In this document: positions 1 through 9,483 of the stretch, one piece after another
Layout: each line of letters begins with the position of its first letter
Position numbering within the stretch: the stretch's first letter is position 1
Assembly: GCA_008632985.1 (NCBI GenBank)
Contig: QPGO01000197.1
Location: 115,713-135,712 of the forward strand
Source of the DNA: Psammoneis japonica
Lineage: Eukaryota
Reading direction: 5' to 3'
DNA length: 20,000 nt
Program-made: the position numbers and the translations under genes
The notes under the pieces: model-generated
The model's input: the letters and a program-made list of their open reading frames with translations, nothing else
Database searches by the model: none
Told to the model about the DNA's origin: nothing

Positions 1-482
1 ATGCGGCATGCGAGCGCATGCATCAAACTGTTGGAAGTGTCTTGCGCACTTTGCTTCATGTTTGTCCTCCACAGAATGTTGAGCAGGCCAATCAACTGGT
101 GGACAATGCATTGGCAACCGCCATGCATGCAATGCGATGTGCGGTTTCTCGTGCTCTCAAGATTTCACCCGGTGCTGTGGTTTTTCAACGTGATGTGATT
201 CTCGACTTGCCGGTCCCAGCCGATCTTGCCGCCATTCAAGAACACCGACAAGCGATCATCAATGCGAATCTCCGTCGAGCCAACGCTAAACGCCGATCCC
301 ACGATTTTCAAGTTGGCGGACAAGTTCTGCTCAAGGCCATCGACCCAACCAAGCTCGAGCCACGAGCTCACGGTCCACATCCTGTCGTTCAAGTGCATGC
401 TGACGGTGCGCTTGCGGTCCAACGTGCACCTCATGTGACAGAACGATTGAACACACGTCGCGTCGTACCGTGTCACACCTGA
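1..482 (+). mobile_element. Ty3/Gypsy LTR retrotransposon pol C-terminus (end of integrase core plus GPY/F-type module), eroded by TpA mutation
   Basis: Translation reads ..CERMHQTVGSVLRTLL..ATAMHAMRCAVSRALKISPGAVVFQRDVIL..NAKRRSHDFQVGGQVL..KLEPRAHGPHPVVQVHADGALAVQR..ERLNTRRVVPC. This matches the Gypsy integrase tail (ERxHQT..L, SPG.lVF.RDM, KL.PR..GPY.I..VH.NGT..I, ER.NIRR..P). 5' part lies outside the window. Confidence 0.9.
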
Positions 483-582
483 GGTCAAGGGTTTTCTCCC
501 CAACATTTGGGTTTCCCTTCTATCCTCATCCATTGGAATTTAAATTTTTTGAGTCCCGCATGATTCTCGACACTCGAGTCAT

Positions 583-594
583 GGAAGGGAAGAG
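583..594 (+). other. Polypurine tract (PPT) of the Gypsy element
   Basis: GGAAGGGAAGAG, about 100 bp after the pol stop and immediately followed by TG. Confidence 0.75.
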
Positions 595-722
595 TGCAGT
601 GTCTCGCACCTTATTTTTCTGACACACAGCATTAATGAACCTGTTAGATATAACGGAAGCCGTTGTAACGGGCTTCGCTGAAAGCGACCCTCGTTACCTC
701 GGTCTTTCGCTCACAATTTTGT

Positions 723-746
723 NNNNNNNNNNNNNNNNNNNNNNNN
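723..746. other. Assembly gap (N run)
   Basis: Run of N. Confidence 1.
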
Positions 747-777
747 ATAAGTAATCATAAGTCATCATAAGTCATCA
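747..777 (+). repeat. Short tandem repeat, about 3 x ATAAGT(A/C)ATC
   Basis: ataagtaatc ataagtcatc ataagtcatc a. Confidence 0.8.
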
Positions 778-1064
778 ACAGCCCTCACGACTCAAAACAT
801 AGAAAGGCACATGAATAAATAATGCATAAACAGTATTATGTTCTTCGCCAAACAAGACTAAATTTAACGGATAACCGTTAAAAACTACATAACACCATTG
901 ACAAAAATTTCCGTTGTGTTCATATAAATATACATAACTCATAAAAATTCGCGGACGGTGCTGTGTTGTTGCGTGCATCGCACAAACCATCCTCATGATG
1001 TTACCAACAGACATACACCGCCAACATTTCTGCTCTTCAAGATAGGAACTAGTCGTTGTTTACT

Positions 1065-2295
1065 ATGAGGATTTCAACTGTGTGTGCTGTTACAAGTCTT
1101 GTTGTTGCCCTGAGTGCTGCTGTTGAAGGAACCTTTTATCCTGCAAACAACATAGAGAATTTCAGTTTTGCAGGCCGGTGGCAACAGCTTGAGGATGATG
1201 GTGTTGTCAGGTCGGACTGGCCGTGCAGCAGAGTGCAATTCAACATAAACATGACTGCAGAAGATGGCGTCATTACCCTCCGAGTAAAACTTCATCGGGT
1301 GCGGCTCAACGCAGTCGTCACCAACGCAGTCACCGGCGAACTGGAGCAAACAACGATTCTGAAAGGTAATTCGTTTCGGCAGAGAAGGATAAATACGGCA
1401 TTCGAATTGAAGCACCGGAATGCACACCGTCACACTGACAAAATTGACACAAGCGGCACCCTATGGCAATGGTTTGGGCAAGTCAGCCACGTCGGTGCTT
1501 GAATTCTATGGAGTAGAAATGGATGACGATGTCGCGACTCTTTCGCTTCCACCAAAACTGCCGGTACACCGGATTGGTTTTATTGGTGCCAGTGATACGG
1601 CAGGCTTTTGTGTGGATGGTACTCCGCAAGCATGTGACCATCTCGTTCGACCCTGGAAATACAACAATTGCGACTCTGCATATCCTGGCGTCTTGGGAAA
1701 ACGTTTGAATGCCGAGGTGAGCGTCCAAGCCATATCAGGCATTGGACTGACGCAGAATGCGTTTGCGAATTTGCCAGTGGCGCTTGGTGAAAAAACAATA
1801 CAGGATTATTACAACCGAACCCTTCAGACAGAGACGCTGCCTTTTTGGGACTTTGAAGAGTGGCGACCACACCTTGTGATTGTTTCTCTTGGTGGAAATG
1901 ATTATAACCACCAAGAGGAGGTACCTTCCAACGAGACTTTTGTTCAAGCATATCAAAAGTTTCTTTTACAGATTGCCGAACCATATACAAACGATGAAAT
2001 TCCAACAATTGTGAGTATATGTGGGCAAGGGGACCCGACGGAACTGAGCCGAGATCCAAACAATGATCGTTGTCGGCCTTGTCCGTACATACAATACGCG
2101 GTCGAATCCTTTCAGACTATGCATGGTGCAACCATTCCGACCGAATACATTTTTGTTCCATGCGACGGCACGGTTGTGTCGGGAGATGGTGATATTGGTT
2201 GTGACGGCCACAAGAACCGGCTTGGTCAAGAGCGGGTGGCTGACTTTTTGGAACCAAAGCTTCGTGAAATCATGGGCTGGCCCAACAGCCAATAA
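1065..2295 (+). CDS. Secreted carbohydrate esterase family 2-like (CE2) SGNH/GDSL hydrolase, split by two apparent 1-bp deletions at about 1380 and 1412
   Basis: Signal peptide MRISTVCAVTSLVVALSAAVEG; CE2 N-terminal module (FSFAGRW..SDWPCSRVQF); SGNH blocks RIGFIGASDTAG (Ser nucleophile), AISGIGL, SLGGNDY and GCDGH. ORFs 1056-1502 and 1420-2295 join if the extra C and G seen in the paralogue (about 4279 and 4311) are restored. Confidence 0.85.
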
Positions 2296-2812
2296 GTTCG
2301 ACAGAGCCGATGGCTACATCAACGAGCGGAGGTGTTGCGATGACTGTCGTAGCCTACCCATGTAGTGCACGGCAGCATTTTGGCATTATCGGAAGTTAAC
2401 TTGCTGCAAAGGGCGACGTATTATTTCAGCTTCTTCCTTCAGACTTAGTGAGCTCTTGTGTGATGAGAACTTTCCTCTCTCTTCTGCACCGGTGTAGTCT
2501 CGAGATTATGAGCTGTAGCTACACAGATGTGACTTTTCAATCGCTTTGGGCTCCTAAGTGTCAGCTAAGTCGCAAAGCGTCAACCGCTTATTTTGCCATA
2601 AGAATCTTTGGTGAAAGACATAAGACAGCGTCGTGCGCAACAGAGTCACTCTTGCCGTGAGTAGGTTCAACACACGTCGTATTGGATAGTTTACAGGTTT
2701 TAGCTGTTATAATAGACAATGTCTAATGTGCAATACACTGACGTTTCGTTACGCACTGGCATATTTTGGAATGGTGTGAACGTGCTGCGATTTTCCGCCA
2801 ACAAAAGTCGGA

Positions 2813-3604
2813 TCAAGTCAAGAAGCCAGCATCCACCAATCCCTTGATTTTTTTACACTCGACCTTGTGATTTCTCTTCCATGCAGCACGTTGGCATTCT
2901 TTGGAACAAAATTGGGCGATTTTGCAGGCGGAGCACTTTTTCATGACTCTTGCAGAAACCACCTTTTGACAGCCCGGACAATACGCCTTGCGCCCATCCA
3001 AGCAATGGCAATCAATGCGGCGAGCGAGAAACGGAACCACATCATCGCCGCAGTCAATGCGAGCAACCTCTCTGTAGCGATATTTCAAGGCGTCCGTTTC
3101 AGAGGAAAACTTCGGCTGACTGCCCGTCTCTTCTTCCGCAAGTTTTTCAATCACCACGCATACTGCGTCAACAACGGAGCCCTCTCCGGAGGCAACTGGG
3201 GGTCACCGTCCACCAGGGCGTCAACCGCCGTGGAAAAAAGAAAGCACGCAAAATCTTTTGTAATCGGAATTTGATCCTTACAAGCATTCACGGCATCTAC
3301 GGCGGGGCTTAGTTGGGTGTTGTTCCAACTAATTCGCACAAGCCTCGTTCAATTTTGACATTGACATTGAGTAGGACATGAATTTACTTTTGTTGCCTTG
3401 ATGGTTGTAACAGTGATAGCACGGTTCACCATTCGGTTTGTTTGCCTTGTGGATACAAAACGGGTTGTTGCACGGACAAGCCGCGGGTGCTGGTCTCTTT
3501 TCCGCAACGCAGCCTCTGCACAACCGTTTTCCCCACTTTGTTAAGTTCAAAGGCAGTAAAGTCCGCCGAACCAGCTCTTCTTGACAACGGTAGCAGGTCG
3601 GCAT
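2813..3604 (-). CDS. MYND-type zinc-finger protein, frameshifted near 3158 and 3335
   Basis: C-terminal CPGCQK..KKCSACKIAQFCSKECQRAAWKRNHKVEC is a canonical MYND finger, preceded by FLARRIDCHCL. Upstream ORFs 3151-3339 and 3329-3604 (MPTCYRC..CRGC) overlap it in different frames. No clear intron signals. Joining the three ORFs is inference. Confidence 0.7.
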
Positions 3605-4340
3605 GGTGTATGATGATGGTTTTATAATCGTCAATCTGTTTCCACTCTTCTTGATTCTTGATGCAATGCTAGATGCTTAGCTACTGTAGCTATCGAAACT
3701 GAAAACTTCTGTGCGCCGCAAGCCGCAAGGCAGACAACGCCTGCAATGAGGCACAGAATCAAGACCAACACACACCCGAGACACTGACAAGACAATCCCC
3801 GTGGACTGACGTCCGTCCCCCAGCCGTCCCGACGCCCGTCGCAGTTTTGAAGTTCGAAAGTTGTGCACATCGAACAAAAACCATCCCATGGTTATGGTGT
3901 CACTGCCAACAGACAGCACCAACCTTGTTGCTTTTCAAGCTACAGCCGTCGTGTTGCTGTGAGGATTTCAACTGTTTGTGCTGTTGCAAGTCTTGTTGTT
4001 GCCTTGAGCGCTGCTGTTGTTGAAGGAACCTTTTGTCCTGCAACAATGCAGAGAACTTCAGTTTTGCAGGTCACTGGCAACAGCTTGAGGACAATGGTGT
4101 TGTCAGGTTGGACTGGCCATGCAGCAGAGTGCACTTCAACACAAACATGACTGCAGAAGAGATGGCATCCTTGCCCTCCGAGCAAAAATTCATCGGGTGC
4201 AGCTCAGTGCAGTCGTCGCCAACACAGTCACCAGCAAACTGGAGCAAACAACAATTCTGAAAGGAAATTTGTTTCAGCCAGAGAAGGACAAACATGGCAC
4301 TCAAATTGAAGGCACCAGGGTGCACACCGCGGCATTGGCG

Positions 4341-4730
4341 GACGTGCTCCAGCCCCAGGTGGGACTCCGTGTGACATTGGGCCCGTAGAATTCTACGTGC
4401 GAGCTCCGCAGTGCAAGAATTTAATTGATGGATGTGTTTGTTTTCAACATCAAATAGACGGCCAAGTTTGTGGCACAATTGTGCCTCTCACCACTCGACG
4501 TTTTTGCAAATGCGCCTGCCCTGCGCGATTCTCAAGACGTCACAGAATCGCGCTGTGACAAAAAATGTCAAAAGTTTTTGGACGGATCGCTCAATGACTG
4601 CACCGTAAAATGACACAAAATGTCGAAAAAATCACGCAGAAATCTGTGTGCGCGACATGCGACGTGATTAAAAAAACTGTCGACGTCACAGCTCAGCAGT
4701 GCGAGGTCCCACCCAGACCTGGAACGCGTC
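4341..4730. mobile_element. Non-autonomous TIR element (MITE, 390 bp) inserted in CE2 copy 2
   Basis: Absent from the intact gene. Left end GACGTGCTCCAGCCCCAGGTGGGAC versus reverse-complemented right end GACGCGTTCCAGGTCTGGGTGGGAC. GGCG flanks both sides (4337-4340, 4731-4734). Internal 14-bp palindrome CGTAGAATTCTACG at 4384-4397. Confidence 0.85.
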
Positions 4731-5517
4731 GGCGCTGACAAAATTGCTGACACAAAAGCGGTGCACCCTGTGGCAACGGTTTGGGCAAGTCAGCCATGCC
4801 GGTGCTTTAATTCCACGGAGTGGAAATGGATGACGCTGTTGCAACTCTTTCAACTCCACCAACACTGCCAGCATGCTGGGCTGGTTTTGTTGGTGCCAGT
4901 GATGTGGCAGGCTTTTGTGTGGATGGCACTCCGCAAACATGCAGCCATCTTGCTCAACCCTGGAAATGCAACAATTGCAACTCTGCATGTCCTGGCATCT
5001 TGGGAAAACGTTTGAATGCTGAGGTGAGCGTCCAAGCCATTTCAGGCATTGGACTGACGCAGAGTGCGTTTGCAAATTTGCCAGTGGCGCTTGGCAAAAA
5101 AACAATGCAGGGTCATTGCAACCGAACCCTTCAGACCAAGACACTGCCTTTTTGGAACTTTGAGGAGTGGCAACCACACCTTGTGATTGTCTCTCTTGGT
5201 GGAAATGATTGCAACCACCAAGAGGGGGCACCTTCCAATGAGACTTTTGTTCAATCACATCAAGAGTTTCTTGTGCAGATTGCCACAAGCCATTTACAAA
5301 CGATGAATTTTCAACAATTGCGAGCACATGTGGGCAAGGGGACCCGGCGGAACTGAGCCAAGATCCAAACAACAATCATTGTCAACCTTGTCCACATGCA
5401 CAAGATGTTGTCAAATCCTTTCAGATTGCGCATGGTGCAACCATTCTGACCGAACACATTTTTGTTCCATGCAACGGCCCGGTTGTGATGGGAGTTGGTG
5501 ACATTGGTTGTGACAGC

Positions 5518-5908
5518 CACAAGAACCGGCTTGGTCAAGAGCGGGTGGCTGACTTTTTAGAACCAAAGCTTTGTGAAATCATGGACTGGCCAAACAGCAA
5601 ATGCGTTTGACAGAGCCGATGGTTGCACCAACAAATGGAGTTGTTGACACAAGAACCAGCTTGGTCAAGAGCGGGTGGCTGACTTTTTAGAACCAAAGCT
5701 TTGTGAAATCATGGACTGGCCCAACAGCTGACATGCGTTCGACAGAGATGATGGCTGCACCAATGAATGGAGTTGTTGACACAAGAACCAGCTTGGCCAA
5801 GAAAGGGTGGCTGACTTTTTAGAACCAAAGCTTTGTGAAATCATGGACTGGCCTGACAGCTGATGCGTTCGACAGAGCCGATGGTTGCACCAACAAATGG
5901 AGTTGTTG
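5518..5908 (+). repeat. Tandem triplication of an approximately 130-bp unit (CE2 C-terminus plus start of the 3' UTR)
   Basis: AAGAACC(G/A)GCTTGG..GACTTTTTAGAACCAAAGCTTTGTGAAATCATGGACTGGC recurs at 5521, 5651 and 5783. Confidence 0.95.
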
Positions 5909-6382
5909 TGATGACTGCCAGACAACTGCGGACATTGTTGTCTGCTCATGTGGTGCCATGTGCAACATTGCAACTTTGTCAGAAGTTAACTTGCTGTAGA
6001 AAGTGACTTTGGTTTTAGTTTCCTCTTGCATTGGTGAGCTTTTGGATGATGAGAACTTGCCTCTCTCTCTGCTGCACCAGGCAATCTTAAGACCAGGTGC
6101 TGTTGCCACACGTGCATCTCTTGAGGAGAGAGAAAGAGATTGTTCTAAGTCAGAGTGATTGTGGCTGATGCGTGCAAAGCTGCCATGTGTTTGGAAGTTG
6201 TGGTGTCTCTCATGAATCAGGCTGGAGGTGTTGGCATCCTTTTGCACTGCCAGGAATCCCACTGCACCAGTCTCATTTTCAAGCAAGAATCTTCCACACC
6301 AGTGCTCATGTCCCAAGTTTCTCAGATGCGGAAGATTGGAGACCAACAGGAAATGAAGTGGTCTGTGCTTCCCCCTGCATGA

Positions 6383-6424
6383 GTGTGTGTGTGTGTGGTG
6401 GTGTGTGTGTGGGGGGGGGGGGGG
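6383..6424 (+). repeat. (GT)n microsatellite followed by a poly-G run
   Basis: gtgtgtgtgtgtgtggtggtgtgtgtgt followed by a G homopolymer. Confidence 0.8.
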
Positions 6425-8177
6425 TGCTGTGCGTTGCTGCTTCTGAGGTGCTTTGTGCATTGCAGAAGCAGCACTCATGGCTGCGAGCACCTGACAAGCC
6501 ACGGCAACCTCACTCTTTTCTTTCACCAATGTTGCACTGCATGTTTGACGAGTTGAGAGTGAGTTTTTGCTTGCAGCCCACACCACCCACCCATTGTGGC
6601 TCTCTGGCAAGAGCTCCAGTTCTGGGTTCCTTGAGTTGCAAGCTCTGGCTTGAGGTCTGGTGCCAGTGGCTTGCACCACAACCAACCAGAGTGCTCAAAA
6701 TCAGGATCATCAGCCAACAGTGAAGAGCAGAGTCAGAGAATGACAGAGGTCAATTGACCAGCAATTGCTGAAGAATCAGCTGGTTGGCCATTGAGCAAGT
6801 CAAAATGACAAGGAATTCAAAGACTCAGGTTGCACCTGGCACTGGCAAAGCTGGTGCTGGAAGCAAAACAAGAGCAGTGGTGCTGGGTGCTTGCTGAGGA
6901 AGCAGCACATGCTCCAGCCACACACGAGCTTTTGTTGTGATCTCAGGACAGCCAGCAATGCTGAGCTGGGAGGATTGCCTCAGTGAATGGTTGTGATTTC
7001 CAAGTGCATGTGCTCATGATTGGTGTGCCACACAAACAGCACCCAGTTGCTTGTGCACTCTGTGGGAGCATCTTTGCTGCAGTTGTGCCTGCTGTGCAAT
7101 CTTTGCAAGTTTTTCACATTTTTGATCTTTTCAACTCTGCTGAAATTTTTTGCCAACAGACAGCACACCACCGACCAGGGAGGTTTCCACAGAGAGAACG
7201 TTTGATGTGCGGCTGCTGCAGCGCACCTTGGATCCTGTTGCATCATGGCATTTGTTGATTCCGCTGCTGGCGCGGCCGTGCTTGCTGGGGCAAGAGCTGG
7301 TGGTGGTGGTGGTGGTGGGGTGGAGGTTGAGAGTTCAAATCTGAGGCTCTGTCAAAAAAGCAATTGTGGCTTGTGAGGCAAAAGAAGAGCTGCCGCCGAG
7401 TGCTTCGCCAGCCTGGAGCCACTGTTGCTCTGTGTTTTGCACTGGTCACTGGCTGCCATCAAATGGCCAATGGAGTTGTGTGGTTCTGTTGCATTGGGGC
7501 CGGGAGACACAGAAATGGATTGCAGTTGAGTCACATGAAGAGCTGCGGGGGCGGTGAAAAAAGACAGAGCTGGAGCATGGGATTCAGATGGGATTGAACA
7601 CAACCAGGCCTGCGGGGAGCATTGACCACTTGTCTTTCTTTGTGGGTGTGGGTGCATGTGTGCCGTTGCATGCTGCATTGCCTGTACGTGCACAGGGCCC
7701 TGCCGTCGGGGCCGGCATTGTGGTGGCTGAGTGGCGTGGCCACCGCACCGGTGACGCGGATGACCGTCACATTTGATGTCTCATGCCATTTTTGGGGCTG
7801 CAGCGAGGTGCACGGACACTCTTTTTTTTCCAATTTATCGCCACAACAGCACATCGCACAAACTCACTTGTTGTTTGATGTGTTTTCCCCAGTCTGACTT
7901 TTTCATGTAGAATTCACGACAAATTGTCTTTGTGTGCAACTGAACACATTTTTGAACATGCCACGCCGGCAATCCCAATTTTTCAGAACTTTTGAGCTCT
8001 CCTGAAAAACCGTGCCATGCACCAGTCGCAGGGAATTTGCCGATTTTTTAGGATGTCCCCACAACCTCTCATGTCCTCAATGACAATTCCAAGAATCCGA
8101 AGAATTCATCTGCACTGAACAACCCATGCCCTTTCAAAATCCAAGGGACACACTTTCAAATTCAGACGGACAAACCG

Positions 8178-8207
8178 ACTGCCCCACTGCCCCACTGCCC
8201 CACTGCC
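8178..8207 (+). repeat. 8-bp tandem repeat (ACTGCCCC) x3 plus a partial unit
   Basis: actgcccc actgcccc actgcccc actgcc. Confidence 0.85.
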
Positions 8208-8489
8208 GGACCGACACGAAAAAGTCTGCAATCACCAACCACTGAGTGGTCAATGATTTGTTCTTCTGCTCACGCATGTCATGCTTCGAGCAGTCATGCA
8301 ATCTGTCCGTCGGTCTGTGCGTGAAGCCAAAAAATGACAAAAGAAAACAAACAATGAAAGAAGGCTCTGCGTGCGTTGCAGGTTGCAGCAGTGAAGCATC
8401 CAGCATTGCTGCGATCGCTGCATGCTGCGTCTCTTCATCCTCCCCACCTTGCCATCATCTTGAGTGCCACTTTTGACAACAAGCCTTCC

Positions 8490-9272
8490 ATGACTTCCTT
8501 TGACCAACTCGACAAGGGTGTTCAGCGTGGGCTGCAAGTCCTTGCAACACAGCATCGGCATGCTGTCGTTCAAGCAGTTCTCAAGAAAGAAGATGACTTT
8601 GGCAGGACAGAAAGTCATGAACTGTACAAAGGCTGTGCGCAAATCATGAAGGAAGAGAATTTGTCCCCTGCTGCATTTCTGGCTCGCTCTTTTGACATGA
8701 AGGTGCTGACGGGTCACGCTGAGTGGCTGGAAGCACCCTGTGACAAAAACAACGACACCGTGACCGACTTGTGCACATGCTTGGAACAAGCGTGGCTCAA
8801 CCGAGAATTTCCGAACAAATCAATTCCGATGTGTGACAATGCCAATCATGAGGAAATTGAAGGGAGGAAGAAGAAGCTCGAGCGCGAGGCCCGTGAGAAT
8901 TCGTCGTTCGAGAAGAATGATCCAACAGAAATGACCAAGCCACACTGCCGGTTCTTCATCTGCCTTGCACATGAAGAAAAGGACAACAACCAACCTCCTG
9001 AAAACTTCTATGAAATGGCAGAAGAGGCGGCTCAAGCTTTCTGGGAATTGATGTTTGGAACCTGTGGGCATGCCAATTGCCACTTGGATTGCCCCGGTTG
9101 GCTTGCAAACAAATTCTTCATCTCTGCTGAAGTTGAACTTGAAAACATGGAAACCACTGGTGTTCCGGAAACTGCAGAACTGATTGATCAAGAAATCTCA
9201 ATGAAAGGGGTGTTCAGATTGGATGCGGGTGATGTTGGAAAGAGTTACGTTGAAATCACTCGTGTGGAATGA
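8490..9272 (+). pseudogene. TpA-eroded gene of unknown function (260 aa, frame still open)
   Basis: Protein-like, charged and helical composition (MTSFDQLDKGVQRGL..SPAAFLARSFDMKVL..AWLNREF..EEAAQAFWELMFG). Only 3 Tyr, with Cys/His at plausible Tyr positions. Lies within the TpA-depleted domain. Could still be expressed. Confidence 0.55.
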
Positions 9273-9483
9273 ACGCCTGGTGTGGCACATGGCTCTTGCA
9301 TTGAGGTTCACAGTGCCACTTGATTGCCAGGGGACAGCTCGGGGAACACATTCCACATCTTGTGAATGGTCGTGCGGTGGCAGAGACACGTTCACATCAC
9401 CGTGACAAATGTTGCTTTGCATTCTAATGACCAACGACAAAGGCTGCAACACAACTCAAACCATTGTGCAGAACTGCAGCCAT

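Larger units (their letters stand above)
595..780 (+). mobile_element. Probable 3' LTR of the Gypsy element, interrupted by an assembly gap
   Basis: Starts TG (TGCAGTGTC) directly after the PPT. After the N gap come ATAAGTCATC-type repeats ending CATCAACA at 780, a possible LTR CA end. The 3' boundary is uncertain. Confidence 0.55.
3860..6110 (+). pseudogene. Decayed near-full-length duplicate of the CE2 gene with 5' and 3' flanks (copy 2)
   Basis: Colinear with about 968-2525. Start codon destroyed (tactATG -> tgctGTG at about 3959), several frameshifts, MITE insertion at 4341-4730, 3' end triplicated, Tyr codons changed to Cys or His. Confidence 0.95.

Noticed and set aside
863..882. Hairpin TTTAACGG-ATAA-CCGTTAAA (also small hairpins at about 559-583 and 656-676)
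   Set aside because: Short stems with no supporting context; bacterial-style terminators are not relevant here.
4820..5356. Alternative genetic code or RNA editing as the explanation for Tyr->Cys/His
   Set aside because: The same TA->TG/CA changes occur at synonymous sites, across codon boundaries and in non-coding flanks, on both strands, alongside frameshifts.
5518..5908. Possible CRISPR-like array
   Set aside because: Units are whole 130-bp duplications of CE2 gene sequence with no unique spacers, in a eukaryotic context.
5819..6685. 288-aa minus-strand ORF and many other Cys/His/Trp-rich ORFs in 3950-12480 and 17780-20000
   Set aside because: TpA depletion removes TAA and TAG stops in all six frames and inflates ORF length. 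No recognisable domains, and this ORF crosses a microsatellite and a pseudogene flank.
7693..8215. Possible hAT-like element starting CAGGGCCCTG (TpA-eroded version of TAGGGCCCTA at 17559)
   Set aside because: No convincing matching TIR or TSD; a 10-bp palindrome match may be chance.
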